Positions 1 to 11,101 of a stretch of DNA of 64,000 nucleotides are shown one piece after another. Numbering within the stretch: the stretch's first letter is position 1; the number at the start of each line of letters is the position of its first letter. The stretch covers positions 4,154,001 to 4,218,000 of the forward strand of contig NW_027361924.1 in the NCBI RefSeq assembly GCF_039654945.1, read 5' to 3'. The notes below the pieces were generated by a model. It saw only the letters and a program-made list of their open reading frames with translations. It was not told the DNA's origin and did not search any database. Origin of the DNA: Dendrobates tinctorius. Lineage: Eukaryota. A program made the translations under genes and the position numbers.

Positions 1-3000
1 ACCCTCAGTCCCTCTCCCGCTGATGTATAACCCTCGGCCCCTCGCACCCTCTCCAGCTAGTGTATAACCCTCTGCCCCTCGCACCCTCTCCAGCTAGTGT
101 ATAACCCTCGGCCCCTCGCACCCTCTCCAGCTAGTGTATAACCCTCGGCCCCTCGCACCCTCTCCAGCTAGTGTATAACCCTCGGCCCCTCGCACCCTCT
201 CCAGCTAGTGTATAACCCTCGGCCCCTCGCACCCTCTCCAGCTAGTGTATAACCCTCGGCCCCTCGCACCCTCTCCAGCTAGTGTATAACCCTCGGCCCC
301 TCGCACCCTCTCCAGCTAGTGTATAACCCTCGGCCCCTCGCACCCTCTCCAGCTAGTGTATAACCCTCGGCCCCTCGCACCCCCTCCAGCTAGTGTATAA
401 CCCTTGGCCCCTCGCACCCTCTCCAGCTAGTGTATAACCCTTGGCCCCTCGCACCCTCTCCAGCTAGTGTATAACCCTCAGTCCCTCTCCCGCTGATGTA
501 TAACCCTCGGCCCCTCGCACCCTCTCCAGCTAGTGTATAACCCTCAGTCCCTCTCCCGCTGATGTATAACCCTCGGCCCCTCGCACCCTCTCCAGCTAGT
601 GTATAACCCTCAGTCCCTCTCCCGCTGATGTATAACCCTCGGCCCCTCGCACCCTCTCCAGCTAGTGTATAACCCTCAGTCCCTCTCCCGCTGATGTATA
701 ACCCTCGGCCCCTCGCACCCTCTCCAGCTAGTGTATAATCCTCGGCCCCTCGGTCCCTCTCCCGCTGATGTATAACCCTCGGCCCCTCGCACCCTCTCCA
801 GCTAGTGTATAACCCTCGGCCCCTCGCACCCTCTCCAGCTAGTGTATAACCCTCGGCCCCTCGCACCCTCTCCAGCTAGTGTATAACCCTTGGCCCCTCG
901 CACCCTCTCCAGCTAGTGTATAACCCTCAGTCCCTCTCCCGCTGATGTATAACCCTCAGTCCCTCTCCCGCTGATGTATAACCCTCGGCCCCTCGCACCC
1001 TCTCCAGCTAGTGTATAACCCTCAGTCCCTCTCCCGCTGATGTATAACCCTCGGCCCCTCGCACCCTCTCCAGCTAGTGTATAACCCTCAGTCCCTCTCC
1101 CGCTGATGTATAACCCTCGGCCCCTCGCACCCTCTCCAGCTAGTGTATAATCCTCGGCCCCTCGGTCCCTCTCCCGCTGATGTATAACCCTCGGCCCCTC
1201 GCACCCTCTCCAGCTAGTGTATAACCCTCAGTCCCTCTCCCGCTGATGTATAACCCTCGGCCCCTCGCACCCTCTCCAGCTAGTGTATAACCCTCAGTCC
1301 CTCTCCCGCTGATGTATAACCCTCGGCCCCTCGCACCCTCTCCAGCTAGTGTATAATCCTCGGCCCCTCGGTCCCTCTCCCGCTGATGTATAACCCTCGG
1401 CCCCTCGCACCCTCTCCAGCTAGTGTATAATCCTCGGCCCCTCGGTCCCTCTCCCGCTAGTGTATAACCCTCGGCCCCTCGCACCCTCTCCAGCTAGTGT
1501 ATAACCCTCGGCCCCTCGCACCCTCTCCAGCTAGTGTATAACCCTCGGCCCCTCGCACCCTCTCCAGCTAGTGTATAACCCTCGGCCCCTCGCACCCTCT
1601 CCAGCTAGTGTATAACCCTCGGCCCCTCGCACCCTCTCCAGCTAGTGTATAACCCTCGGCCCCTCGCACCCTCTCCAGCTAGTGTATAACCCTCGGCCCC
1701 TCGCACCCTCTCCAGCTAGTGTATAACCCTCGGCCCCTCGCACCCTCTCCAGCTAGTGTATAACCCTCGGCCCCTCGCACCCTCTCCAGCTAGTGTATAA
1801 CCCTCGGCCCCTCGCACCCTCTCCAGCTAGTGTATAACCCTCGGCCCCTCGCACCCTCTCCAGCTAGTGTATAACCCTCGGCCCCTCGCACCCTCTCCAG
1901 CTAGTGTATAACCCTCGGCCCCTCGCACCCTCTCCAGCTAGTGTATAACCCTCGGCCCCTCGCACCCTCTCCAGCTAGTGTATAACCCTCGGCCCCTCGC
2001 ACCCTCTCCAGCTAGTGTATAACCCTCGGCCCCTCGCACCCTCTCCAGCTAGTGTATAACCCTCGGCCCCTCGCACCCTCTCCAGCTAGTGTATAACCCT
2101 CGGCCCCTCGCACCCTCTCCAGCTAGTGTATAACCCTCGGCCCCTCGCACCCTCTCCAGCTAGTGTATAACCCTCGGCCCCTCGCACCCTCTCCAGCTAG
2201 TGTATAACCCTCGGCCCCTCGCACCCTCTCCAGCTAGTGTATAACCCTCGGCCCCTCGCACCCTCTCCAGCTAGTGTATAACCCTCGGCCCCTCGCACCC
2301 TCTCCAGCTAGTGTATAACCCTCGGCCCCTCGCACCCTCTCCAGCTAGTGTATAACCCTCGGCCCCTCGCACCCTCTCCAGCTAGTGTATAACCCTCGGC
2401 CCCTCGCACCCTCTCCAGCTAGTGTATAACCCTCGGCCCCTCGCACCCTCTCCAGCTAGTGTATAACCCTCGGCCCCTCGCACCCTCTCCAGCTAGTGTA
2501 TAACCCTCGGCCCCTCGCACCCTCTCCAGCTAGTGTATAACCCTCGGCCCCTCGCACCCTCTCCAGCTAGTGTATAACCCTCGGCCCCTCGCACCCTCTC
2601 CAGCTAGTGTATAACCCTCGGCCCCTCGCACCCTCTCCAGCTAGTGTATAACCCTCGGCCCCTCGCACCCTCTCCAGCTAGTGTATAACCCTCGGCCCCT
2701 CGCACCCTCTCCAGCTAGTGTATAACCCTCGGCCCCTCGCACCCTCTCCAGCTAGTGTATAACCCTCGGCCCCTCGCACCCTCTCCAGCTAGTGTATAAC
2801 CCTCGGCCCCTCGCACCCTCTCCAGCTAGTGTATAACCCTCGGCCCCTCGCACCCTCTCCAGCTAGTGTATAACCCTCGGCCCCTCGCACCCTCTCCAGC
2901 TAGTGTATAACCCTCGGCCCCTCGCACCCTCTCCAGCTAGTGTATAACCCTCGGCCCCTCGCACCCTCTCCAGCTAGTGTATAACCCTCGGCCCCTCGCA

Positions 3001-3125
3001 CCCTCTCCAGCTAGTGTATAACCCTCGGCCCCTCGCACCCTCTCCAGCTAGTGTATAACCCTCAGTCCCTCTCCCGCTGATGTATAACCCTCGGCCCCTC
3101 ACATTCTCTCCCGCTAGTGTATAAT
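1..3125. repeat. 37-bp minisatellite, with a 37+29-bp (66-bp) dimeric variant in the first 1.5 kb
   Basis: Unit GTATAACCCTCGGCCCCTCGCACCCTCTCCAGCTAGT. The 29-bp variant GTATAACCCTCAGTCCCTCTCCCGCTGAT alternates with it, giving the 22-aa periodicity of the spurious ORFs. Degenerate GTATAACC units continue at 3690-4230. Confidence 0.97.
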
Positions 3126-3135
3126 AGTGTATAAC

Positions 3136-3681
3136 CAGGGCTATCGAGTCGGAGTCGTGGAAGATGAGCCCATTTTGGTGGAGCCGTGTCATGGAAATTT
3201 AGGAGTTTGAGTCGGAGGTTTGGCTTAGGCTGGTTTCACATTTGCGTTAAAACAACGCTGCGCCCTGCGTCGTTAAGCCCCGCCCCGAGCCGGCTCCCTG
3301 CCCGCCCCATCCGGGATCACCGCCTACTTTCGTATTTGCACGCATGCGATCGGCGCACCCTATCTTTAGCATAGGGTGCGCAGATTATGCGCTGCCAGTG
3401 TGAAAGTAGCGTGCTGCGCACTTTTTGCAGCATGTTGCATTTCGGCGCGCACGGCGCACCGTCAAAAGAGCGCAGCACGCTACTTTCACACTGGCAGCGC
3501 ATGATCTGCGCACCCTATGCTAAAGATAGGGTGCGCCGATCGCATGCGTGCAAATGCGAAAGTAGGCGGTGATCCCGGATGGGGCGGGCAGGGAGCCGGC
3601 TCGGGGCGGGGCTTAACGACGCAGGGCGCAGCGTTGTTTTAACGCAAATGTGAAACCAGCCTTACCGACTCCACAGCCCTG
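3136..3681. mobile_element. hAT-type non-autonomous element (MITE), carrying a nested palindromic MITE
   Basis: TIRs CAGGGCT(A/G)T(C/G)GAGTCGG...CCGACTCCACAGCCCTG; exact 8-bp TSD TGTATAAC at 3128-3135 and 3682-3689; same TIR as the element at 13988-17112. Confidence 0.9.
3228..3661. mobile_element. PIF/Harbinger-type palindromic MITE (434 bp)
   Basis: Ends GGCTGGTTTCACA...TGTGAAACCAGCC; TTA TSD (3225-3227, 3662-3664); about 195-bp arms with few mismatches. Confidence 0.9.
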
Positions 3682-5014
3682 TGTATAACCCTCAGCCCCT
3701 TGCACCCTCACCCGCTGGTGTAGAACCCCTCCTGCCCCTTGCAACATCCCCCGCTGGTGAATAACACCCAACCCGGAATATAACCTCCGGCTCTACGTAC
3801 TCATCCCCGTTGTATAACCTCTGGCCTCTCGCAGCCACCCCTGCCAGTGAAGAGCCCCCGTCCCGGTGTATAAACCTCCGGCTCCTCGTTACTCCCCCCA
3901 TTGTATAACCTCTAGCCCCTCACACCCTCCCCCGCCGGTGTATAACCCCCAGCCCCTCACACGCCAGTGTATAACCTCCCTGCCCCACGCAACCTCCCAT
4001 GCCGGTGAATAACCCCCCATGCCGGTGAATAACCCCCCACCCGGCGTATAACCTCCAGCTACATGCACCCTTCCCTGTTGTATAATCTCTGGCCTCTCGT
4101 AGCCATTCCCGACAGTGGCTAACCCCCGAGCCGGCATATAACCTTTGGCCCCGCTTGCCGACGATTAACCCCCAGCACCTTGCACCCTCCTCCTTTGTAT
4201 AACCTCTGGCCACCAGCGCCCTGGTGTATAACATGATGCACAGTGTGGTGGAAGAGGGATTTAATTGAAGGTCAGAAAAAGCCATGCATTAGGGATGTGG
4301 AAGGGGCACGATCTGGAGAAAAGCACCATCAAATCAGAATTAAAAAAAAATAATGAAAAAAAGATGGGGGGGGGGGGGGGATATCTATTTCTTCACATTT
4401 GCTGCTGTCTCCTTTTTGCTAAAAAGCAATACAAAAAAAAACCCCTCCCGGGGGCAGAGCAGCGATGGATGGGAGCCGGAGAGATTAGTGCAGATGTTGA
4501 GGCCACGCAGCCACAACATCCCAGAGCGCCGGAGGCCATGCTATCATCAAGGTCACAGGGCCCGAGGCCCGATTATCAGAGTTCATATCACACGACTCGG
4601 GCACGTCCTGCAGGAGAAATGAAGAGCGACGGGCCGGAGGAGAAGCGCGGATTAATGTTCATTAACTAATGAAGCCGGCCATCAGCCTCATTATAGAAAT
4701 TATAAATAACCAGCAGACAGCTGCTCATTAGGTGATGCCGGGACACGGGGAGCTCAGCGCCATTGCATATTGATTACACTCAGCAGGACGGTCTCATATG
4801 ACCTTCCATTCACACCTTTGGATGAAGCCTGACAGTGCTACCGTTATGTGTACACAGCTCCTATGCAGGGCTATGTGCTCCGTCAAATGACACCCTGTAT
4901 GTGCCCTGTGTTGCCAGGATAGACAACCTACAGACAGGAGAAGAGGAGGAAAATTGAAGACAGGAGCACATGATTAGACATTATATTTAGTCTCATCCTG
5001 TGTAAGTGTATATA

Positions 5015-5174
5015 CAGTGGATGAAATAAGGATTGAACACTTCATCAATTTTCAAAGTAACTATTTCTAAAGATGTTATTGACATGAGATTCTGGTCAGA
5101 ATTTCATGTCAGTAGCATCTTTAGAAATATACGTACTTAGAAACTTGGGGATGTGATCAATACTTATTTCACTG
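5015..5174. mobile_element. Degenerate Tc1-like MITE
   Basis: TA|CAGTGGATGAAATAAGGATTGAACAC at the left end and the inverted GTGATCAATACTTATTTCACTG at the right end. Confidence 0.55.
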
Positions 5175-5329
5175 GGATCTCAGATTACACAGCTGCACAG
5201 TGGGTGTGAGCCATGGGTGAAGAAAGGGGGGCCGCAGGAGCTGACAGGCAAAAGTCTCCTCTGTAGTTTAGAGAATGGAAGATTCTGGAATGTTCCAAGG
5301 AAGTCATATCTTACTTTATCATTACAGAC

Positions 5330-5813
5330 ATAATCTATGGAGCATCTTATGGGGGCAGCATATAGGGGCATAATATATGCAGCATCTTATGGAGCAGCAT
5401 ATGGGGCAAAATATATGGAGCATCTTATGGGGCCATAACCTTTATGGAGCATCTTATGGGGCATATTATTCTATGGAGCATCTTATGGGGCCATTATTAA
5501 CCTTTGTGCAGCATTACATGGGATGTATTTTGTATGGAGCATCTTATGGGGCCCATCATGAACTGTATGGAGCATTATATGGGGCTCCTGATTCAATATG
5601 GATATTCAAAAACATTTAACCTACTGATGTCTCAATTTATTTTACTTTTATTGGTATCTAGCTTTATTTTTGAAATTTACCAGTAGCTGCTGCATTTTCC
5701 ACCCCACCCTAGGCTTATATACTCGAGTCAATAAGTTTTCCCAGTTTTTTGTGGCAAAATTATGGGGGGGTTAGCTTATATTCGGGTCGGCTTATACACG
5801 AGTATATACGGTA
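5330..5813. mobile_element. Right-hand part of a Tc1/mariner (Tc2/pogo-like) non-autonomous element with internal ATGGAGCATCTTATGGGG repeats
   Basis: Terminus ...GGCTTATACACGAGTATATACGG|TA, the reverse complement of a CCGTATATACTCGAGTATAAGCC-type TIR; ~35-bp degenerate internal tandem repeats. Confidence 0.6.
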
Positions 5814-6019
5814 CCTTGTGTCTTATTGCTGTTCTCAGTCTCGCCATGGTGTATAACCGGTGACATTAAATTATCTTTCACAACCTCACCTTTGTGACAG
5901 AATTTGTGTGTTCCTCACCAAGTTTTTAGCCTCCTACACAGCTGTTTTTGTTTCAGTAAATGACTTGCATTTTGATAATTGATAAAAATATGAACTATTT
6001 TCTAAAGTTTCCTTAAATC

Positions 6020-6700
6020 GCATTTTTTTTTTGTTTTGTTTTTTTTTTACACACACACAGCACTTTATTTCAGGGGTTAATTCTTTGAATATTGTGAAAT
6101 TACATAATATAGTGTGTCACAGAAAACAATAACATCCATAACACAACTCCAGTGAGGGACCATTCACCACACTCCTCTCTCTCACAGACTTTCAAAGGAA
6201 AAAGAGTTTACATTCTAAACCTCCTTGAAGCAGAATTGCACAGTGTACGGAAAGAGAGAAAATAATGTGTAGCTGAGAAGCGACAACACATATTAAAACT
6301 CCTTTTGAAGCCCAGACTCCCTGGTGTGGACAGGTTGTTAAAACCAGTATATTTGCTGGAAATGGAGTCTGTCTGATTAAGGGAGGAGCATTAGGCTCTG
6401 CTAGAGGATGTACTGCTATGATGAAAGAACTTTCCCTAGGTTGTGTGTTTACGATGGAAAGTTATGAATATTGAGGTTTGTATAGATCCAATATTGCTGG
6501 GATTTATGTTTTTAACTTTGGGACTAACTGACAAAAAATATGCACATTTTTTCATAACTGTGACACATTCCTATAAGCACCAAATCAATAGTGGCCAGAT
6601 CGCTGACATTACCCAGGCCATGTTTCTTCTCCATCAAAAGGTAAAATCCCAATAAGTATGGCGGCGATATCGAACTCCTGTAATCGTCAGGGGTGAGGAT
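6020..6700 (-). mobile_element. Highly decayed 3' end of an L1/Tx1-like LINE
   Basis: Minus-strand AATAAA near 6065 followed by an A-rich tail. Broken frames give ...DSI/ILVLTTCPHQGVW, which resembles the ORF2 C-terminal zinc-knuckle region. Confidence 0.35.
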
Positions 6701-8240
6701 ATTATAAATGTTAGGAATATCAATTTTCGAAAACGGAAACCACATCCCAGGACCAGCCCTGTTGTGAAACATCAATGGGAGGTGTGTGGGTATAACTTAG
6801 GTGCTGATAAAAAGACAAGGTAAATTATGATCTGTGCTTCATGCAGATAGATACACATCAGTGTATGCATGATTCCCATTCACTGGAAATTTCCAATCAA
6901 AGTACTCTCCATTGCTAGCTGAGCCATTTCTATGACAAGAATAGAAGGTTATTTTGCCTCTTTTATTTTACTTAACTGTATATGCTGCACTATTTTGTCC
7001 CGTTTGTAAAATTTTTAGTATATGTTTTTTTTTTCTATAAACACTTCCCATCGTTCTGTATTAAATAGAAAATGTAATAGTTCTGTTTCTTTTGTTCTGT
7101 CAGCCGCACCACAGAAGCCATACGCTACCAGAACCAGGTGTCTGATTGGCCTGTAAAAAACTATTGGTGTGGTGGCAGCGGGTATTCTTTGGTTATCGTG
7201 GAGTTAGTCACTGTACCAGGGTGTGTATATATGTTATAGAGGGTTGTTCTTGATGAAAATATAACAACGTGGTGGGTTCAGCGTGACCCAACCCAGGCTG
7301 TGATCTTTGACAATTGGTGGCAGCGTTGGGATCTACGTGATCTCTCCAGTATCACGGACATATTGCAATGCCAAGTTAACGGATTACATGCTGGATTAAA
7401 GAAATCTTGCACAAAATCCTACAGAAACTACTGCCAAATCTGTCAAAACCGCTACATAGGATTCATATTGCTCAGCAAGGACATGAACACAGGAAAACGG
7501 GCAACGACTGCACCCTTACCTCTGTTGGGTTCCTGGTACACCTGGACCTTGCCGAGCTCAATCCCAAGGCGTCTGCAAAAGTTAAAGAAAACCCAGGTGA
7601 GAGATCCATGCCAAGAGGTCACCCAGAGCAATCTGATGCCATACTGTATAATAACAGGAATCAATTCTATTCCAGCCACAGGACACAAGGGAATTGCTTA
7701 TAAAGCAATTCCTTATTAAACGTCAAGTGTCTACAGAGTACACAAGCAAGGAAGTCTCGTCTGTAGGAAATTCCTGACGCGTTTCTCTGCAGCACGACTG
7801 CATATTCTGGAAGCCATCGGAGGTGAACGAGATGATGTCTGATGTATTTGTGTGTCAGGTGGAGACAGTAATTCCTGCTCCGTAATGAAAAGTTTCCAAA
7901 CACACTCATTCCGGTTAACAAGAGGCAACGTATGGGAGAAGAGGGAGATGGAGCCAAACGTAGAAGGAAAATGTAATCAAGCTGAAGGTCAGACAGAATG
8001 ACGGGACATGACGTCCCACCAGCCGCATACGTACTCTCCAATCTTCTTGGCCAGCTCGATGCAGGACGCATTGGAGTTGGCAGAAAAAAGCACCAGGCCA
8101 CCCTTGGTAACGTTCATCTTGGGAGAGGACGGCTGTCACATGCAAACAGCAGGACCGAATGTCCTCCTGCAAGAGAGAACAAGACGGATTTATAGAAAAG
8201 AGGAACTCACAACCGATTATACAGAAGAGAAAACATTATA
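6700..8240 (+). mobile_element. Decayed Gypsy-type LTR retrotransposon remnant (LTR 3' end, tRNA-Leu PBS, integrase relic); left boundary uncertain
   Basis: ...TGACA (7312) is followed by TGGTGGCAGCGTTGGGAT (7315-7332), one mismatch from the complement of the tRNA-Leu 3' end. Downstream frames give HAGLKK..YCQICQ, VHLDLAEL, NNRNQFYS and GIAYKAIPY, which are integrase-like motifs. Confidence 0.6.
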
Positions 8241-8243
8241 TAC

Positions 8244-9143
8244 ATTATAGTAGTTATATTCTTGTACATAGGAGCAGTATTATAGTAGTTATATTCTTGT
8301 ACATAGGAGCAGTATTATAGTAGTTATATTCTTGTACATAGGGGCCAGTATTATAGTAGTTATATTCTTGTACATAGGAGCAGTATTATAGTAGTTATAT
8401 TCTTGTACATAAGAGGCAGTATTATAGTAGTTATATTCTTGCACATAGGGGGCAGTATTATAGTAGTTATATTCTTGCACATAGGGGGCAGTATTATAGT
8501 AGTTATATTCTTGCACATAGGAGCAGTATTATAGTAGTTATATTCTTGCACATGGGGGTAGTATTATAGTAGTTATATTCTTGTACATAGGAGCAGTATT
8601 ATAGTAGTTATATTCTTGTACATAGGAGGCAGTATTATAGTAGTTATATTCTTGCACATAGGGGGCAGTATTATAGTAGTTATATTCTTGCACATAGGGG
8701 GCTGTATTATAGTAGTTATATTCTTGTACATAGGAGCAGTATTATAGTAGTTATATTCTTGTACATAGGGGCAGTATTATAGTAGTTATATTCTTGTACA
8801 TAGGGGCAGTATTATAGTAGTTATATTCTTGTACATAGGGGGCAGTATTATAGTAGTTATATTCTTGTACATGGGGGTAGTATTATAGTAGTTATATTCT
8901 TGTACATAGGGGCAGTATTATAGTAGTTATATTCTTGTACATAGGAAGCAGTATTATAGTTATATTCTTGTACATAGGAAGCAGTATTATAGTAGTTATA
9001 TTCTTGTACATAGGAGTAGTATTATAGTAGTTATATTCTTGTACATAGGGGCAGTATTATAGTAGTTATATTCTTGTACATAGGGAGCAGTATTATAGTA
9101 GTTATATTCTTGTACATAGGGGCAGCATTATAGTAGTTATATT
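8244..9143. repeat. 35/36-bp minisatellite (AGTATTATAGTAGTTATATTCTTGTACATAGGRGC)
   Basis: About 25 tandem units; same family as 29255-34640. Confidence 0.97.
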
Positions 9144-9474
9144 TTCCTATAAGGCGAAAAGAAAGCTCCTTTCTATTTCAATGTAATCTGAAACAAAGAA
9201 GATGAAAATCATAAGATGTGATGCTATATTGCAGATCACCGTCTGGTAGTTAGATATCTGCTCTACAGTCCGTGCGTCACATAAAGGGTTAGTTAAATAC
9301 TCATAGGGAAAATAAACAGATCACAGCATCTGTAAATAATATCCTGCGGCTACACGTGGTACCAAGGTGATGAAATATCTGCCCTTGCCACGTGTATGTC
9401 GCTGTTACTTTCACCTGCAACACTTGTTTGTGTTAAATGACATATGTGCAAAGTTTTGGAAAAACTGGAACAAA

Positions 9475-9509
<35 letters not shown>

Positions 9510-9624
9510 GGAGAGGAGGAGTCAATGATCCAATGGTGGTAATTAACCAACCAACTGTCAATAAGTATTGATATCTTAGACTACCATCATTGGGTTCATG
9601 TTATTGGAACTATTGATTCTTCTT

Positions 9625-9833
9625 GAGTGCAGCTCTGGGGTATAATACAGGATGTAACTCAGGATCAGTAATGTATGTACACAGTGACTGCACCAGCAGA
9701 ATAGTGAGTGCAGCTCTGGGGTATAATACAGGATGTAACTCAGGATCAGTAATGTAATGCATGTACACAGTGACTGCACCAGCAGAATAGTGAGTGCAGC
9801 TCTGGAGTACAATACAGGATGTAACTCAGGATC
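9625..9833 (-). repeat. 86-bp satellite, about 2.5 units
   Basis: GAGTGCAGCTCTGGRGTATAATACAGGATGTAACTCAGGATCAGTAATG... repeats; reverse complement of the 12.6-kb array. Confidence 0.92.
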
Positions 9834-10856
9834 CCTTTCACAGTACTGCAGTGACCGCTGTCAGACAATGATGGGATTATCTCCAGTCGTTATGACAGTT
9901 GTCACCCGTCTCCTACTTCAACACACCGCAGGAGATCTGTTTACAAATTGTCAAACATGTGATACACTGTAACATCAGTGCAGATTATCACTTTTCTTAT
10001 AACCTCTGAGCACTTGTACAAAAATGATTGTAATGCAGGAAGAAAATGTGTGAATGTATGTGCAGCTTATAGTAAGGAGCAGAAGGTAGAGGACGAGGCT
10101 GCGGCCACCAAATCTTCCAGCATCAGCCGTTTACAAGAAGTGTGAACATGTGGAGACGTCCTGGTAGATGGCAGCGCTCCACTACGTGACTCTGCAGGCG
10201 CACACTGACACTACACAGACACCCCACACGGTCACCCCGTGGATATAAGCATGTGACTGTTAAGTGGAATCATCCTGTTACACATACAAAGGAACAAAGT
10301 GTATTCTGCGCCGGTCACATCCTCCTGCACGACAGAGAGGCAGAAACGTTCTTCTACAGAGCGGAAGTCGGTAGTAGCGCCTTTTCCTGTCCTGACCGCT
10401 GCTCCTACAGATGGAGGGGAGCAAAGGTCTGAAACATCATCGATGCTAATCAGTCTACAACTCCGGCACATTAAGGTTCACAGGCTGCAGGTGAAAAGAC
10501 ATTAAAGGAGGTCCTACCATTACTACGACCACAAGAACAGAGAGCATGTGCGACCGCTGCACCTTCCCTTAGAATGCTCACTACTGCTCCATTCGCACAG
10601 GGCACCATAATACCCCCAAGTGATCATACATTCGTTTTCTGTGCACAGGTAAATGATATTGATTATAGGACAACCCCTTTGATAATGCAGAACAAAATGG
10701 GGGTGGGAATGACATGACACGACTACCATAATACAGGGACAACCCAGCAGATCCCGTCTGAAAACTCCGTTGTCATGGATACAAAAAACAACAATTGAGA
10801 GTGTTTTATGAGGGGATATCCAAGAAGTATCATTTCTCCTTGCGGAGAATAACATG

Positions 10857-10925
10857 CTAAGCATGTCGAGGTGAGGAGACTTAAAGCCGCAATGCTCCTC
10901 TGGGAAATATGCTAATTATGCAAAT
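10857..10925 (-). promoter_or_regulatory. snRNA-type promoter module inside retrozyme A (octamer x2, SPH/ZNF143 site, PSE-like box)
   Basis: Minus strand: ATTTGCAT-A-ATTAGCAT-ATTTCCCAGAGGAGCATTGCGG...CTCACCTCGACATGCTTAG. Confidence 0.6.
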
Positions 10926-11056
10926 TGTCTCTTCAGAGAAGAAGAGGACTAGAACTCTAGTGCCACCTATTGGAGGTAGCAATCCTAAAAGTCAATGTTG
11001 ACCCTTTAACGAGCCTAGTTACATGACTTAGGATAAAAGCCAAGCCAGAATCTCCA

Positions 11057-11101
11057 TTTGCAGACACTGTGTTTCGGGGTACTGCCCCTCATCAGTGCAA
11101 A
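11057..11101 (-). ncRNA. Type I hammerhead ribozyme
   Basis: Minus strand reads UUUGCA-CUGAUGA-GGGG CAGUA CCCC-GAAAC ACAGU GUC-UGCAAA. The core and stems I and II are intact and stem III is short (ACAC A GUGU). Predicted cleavage is after GUC, between 11063 and 11062. Stem I extends with bulges to about 11039/11123. Confidence 0.92.

Noticed and set aside
390-1484. Repetitive ORFs (GYTLAGEGARGRGLY...)
   Set aside because: Translations of the 37/29-bp minisatellite; no splice or domain evidence.
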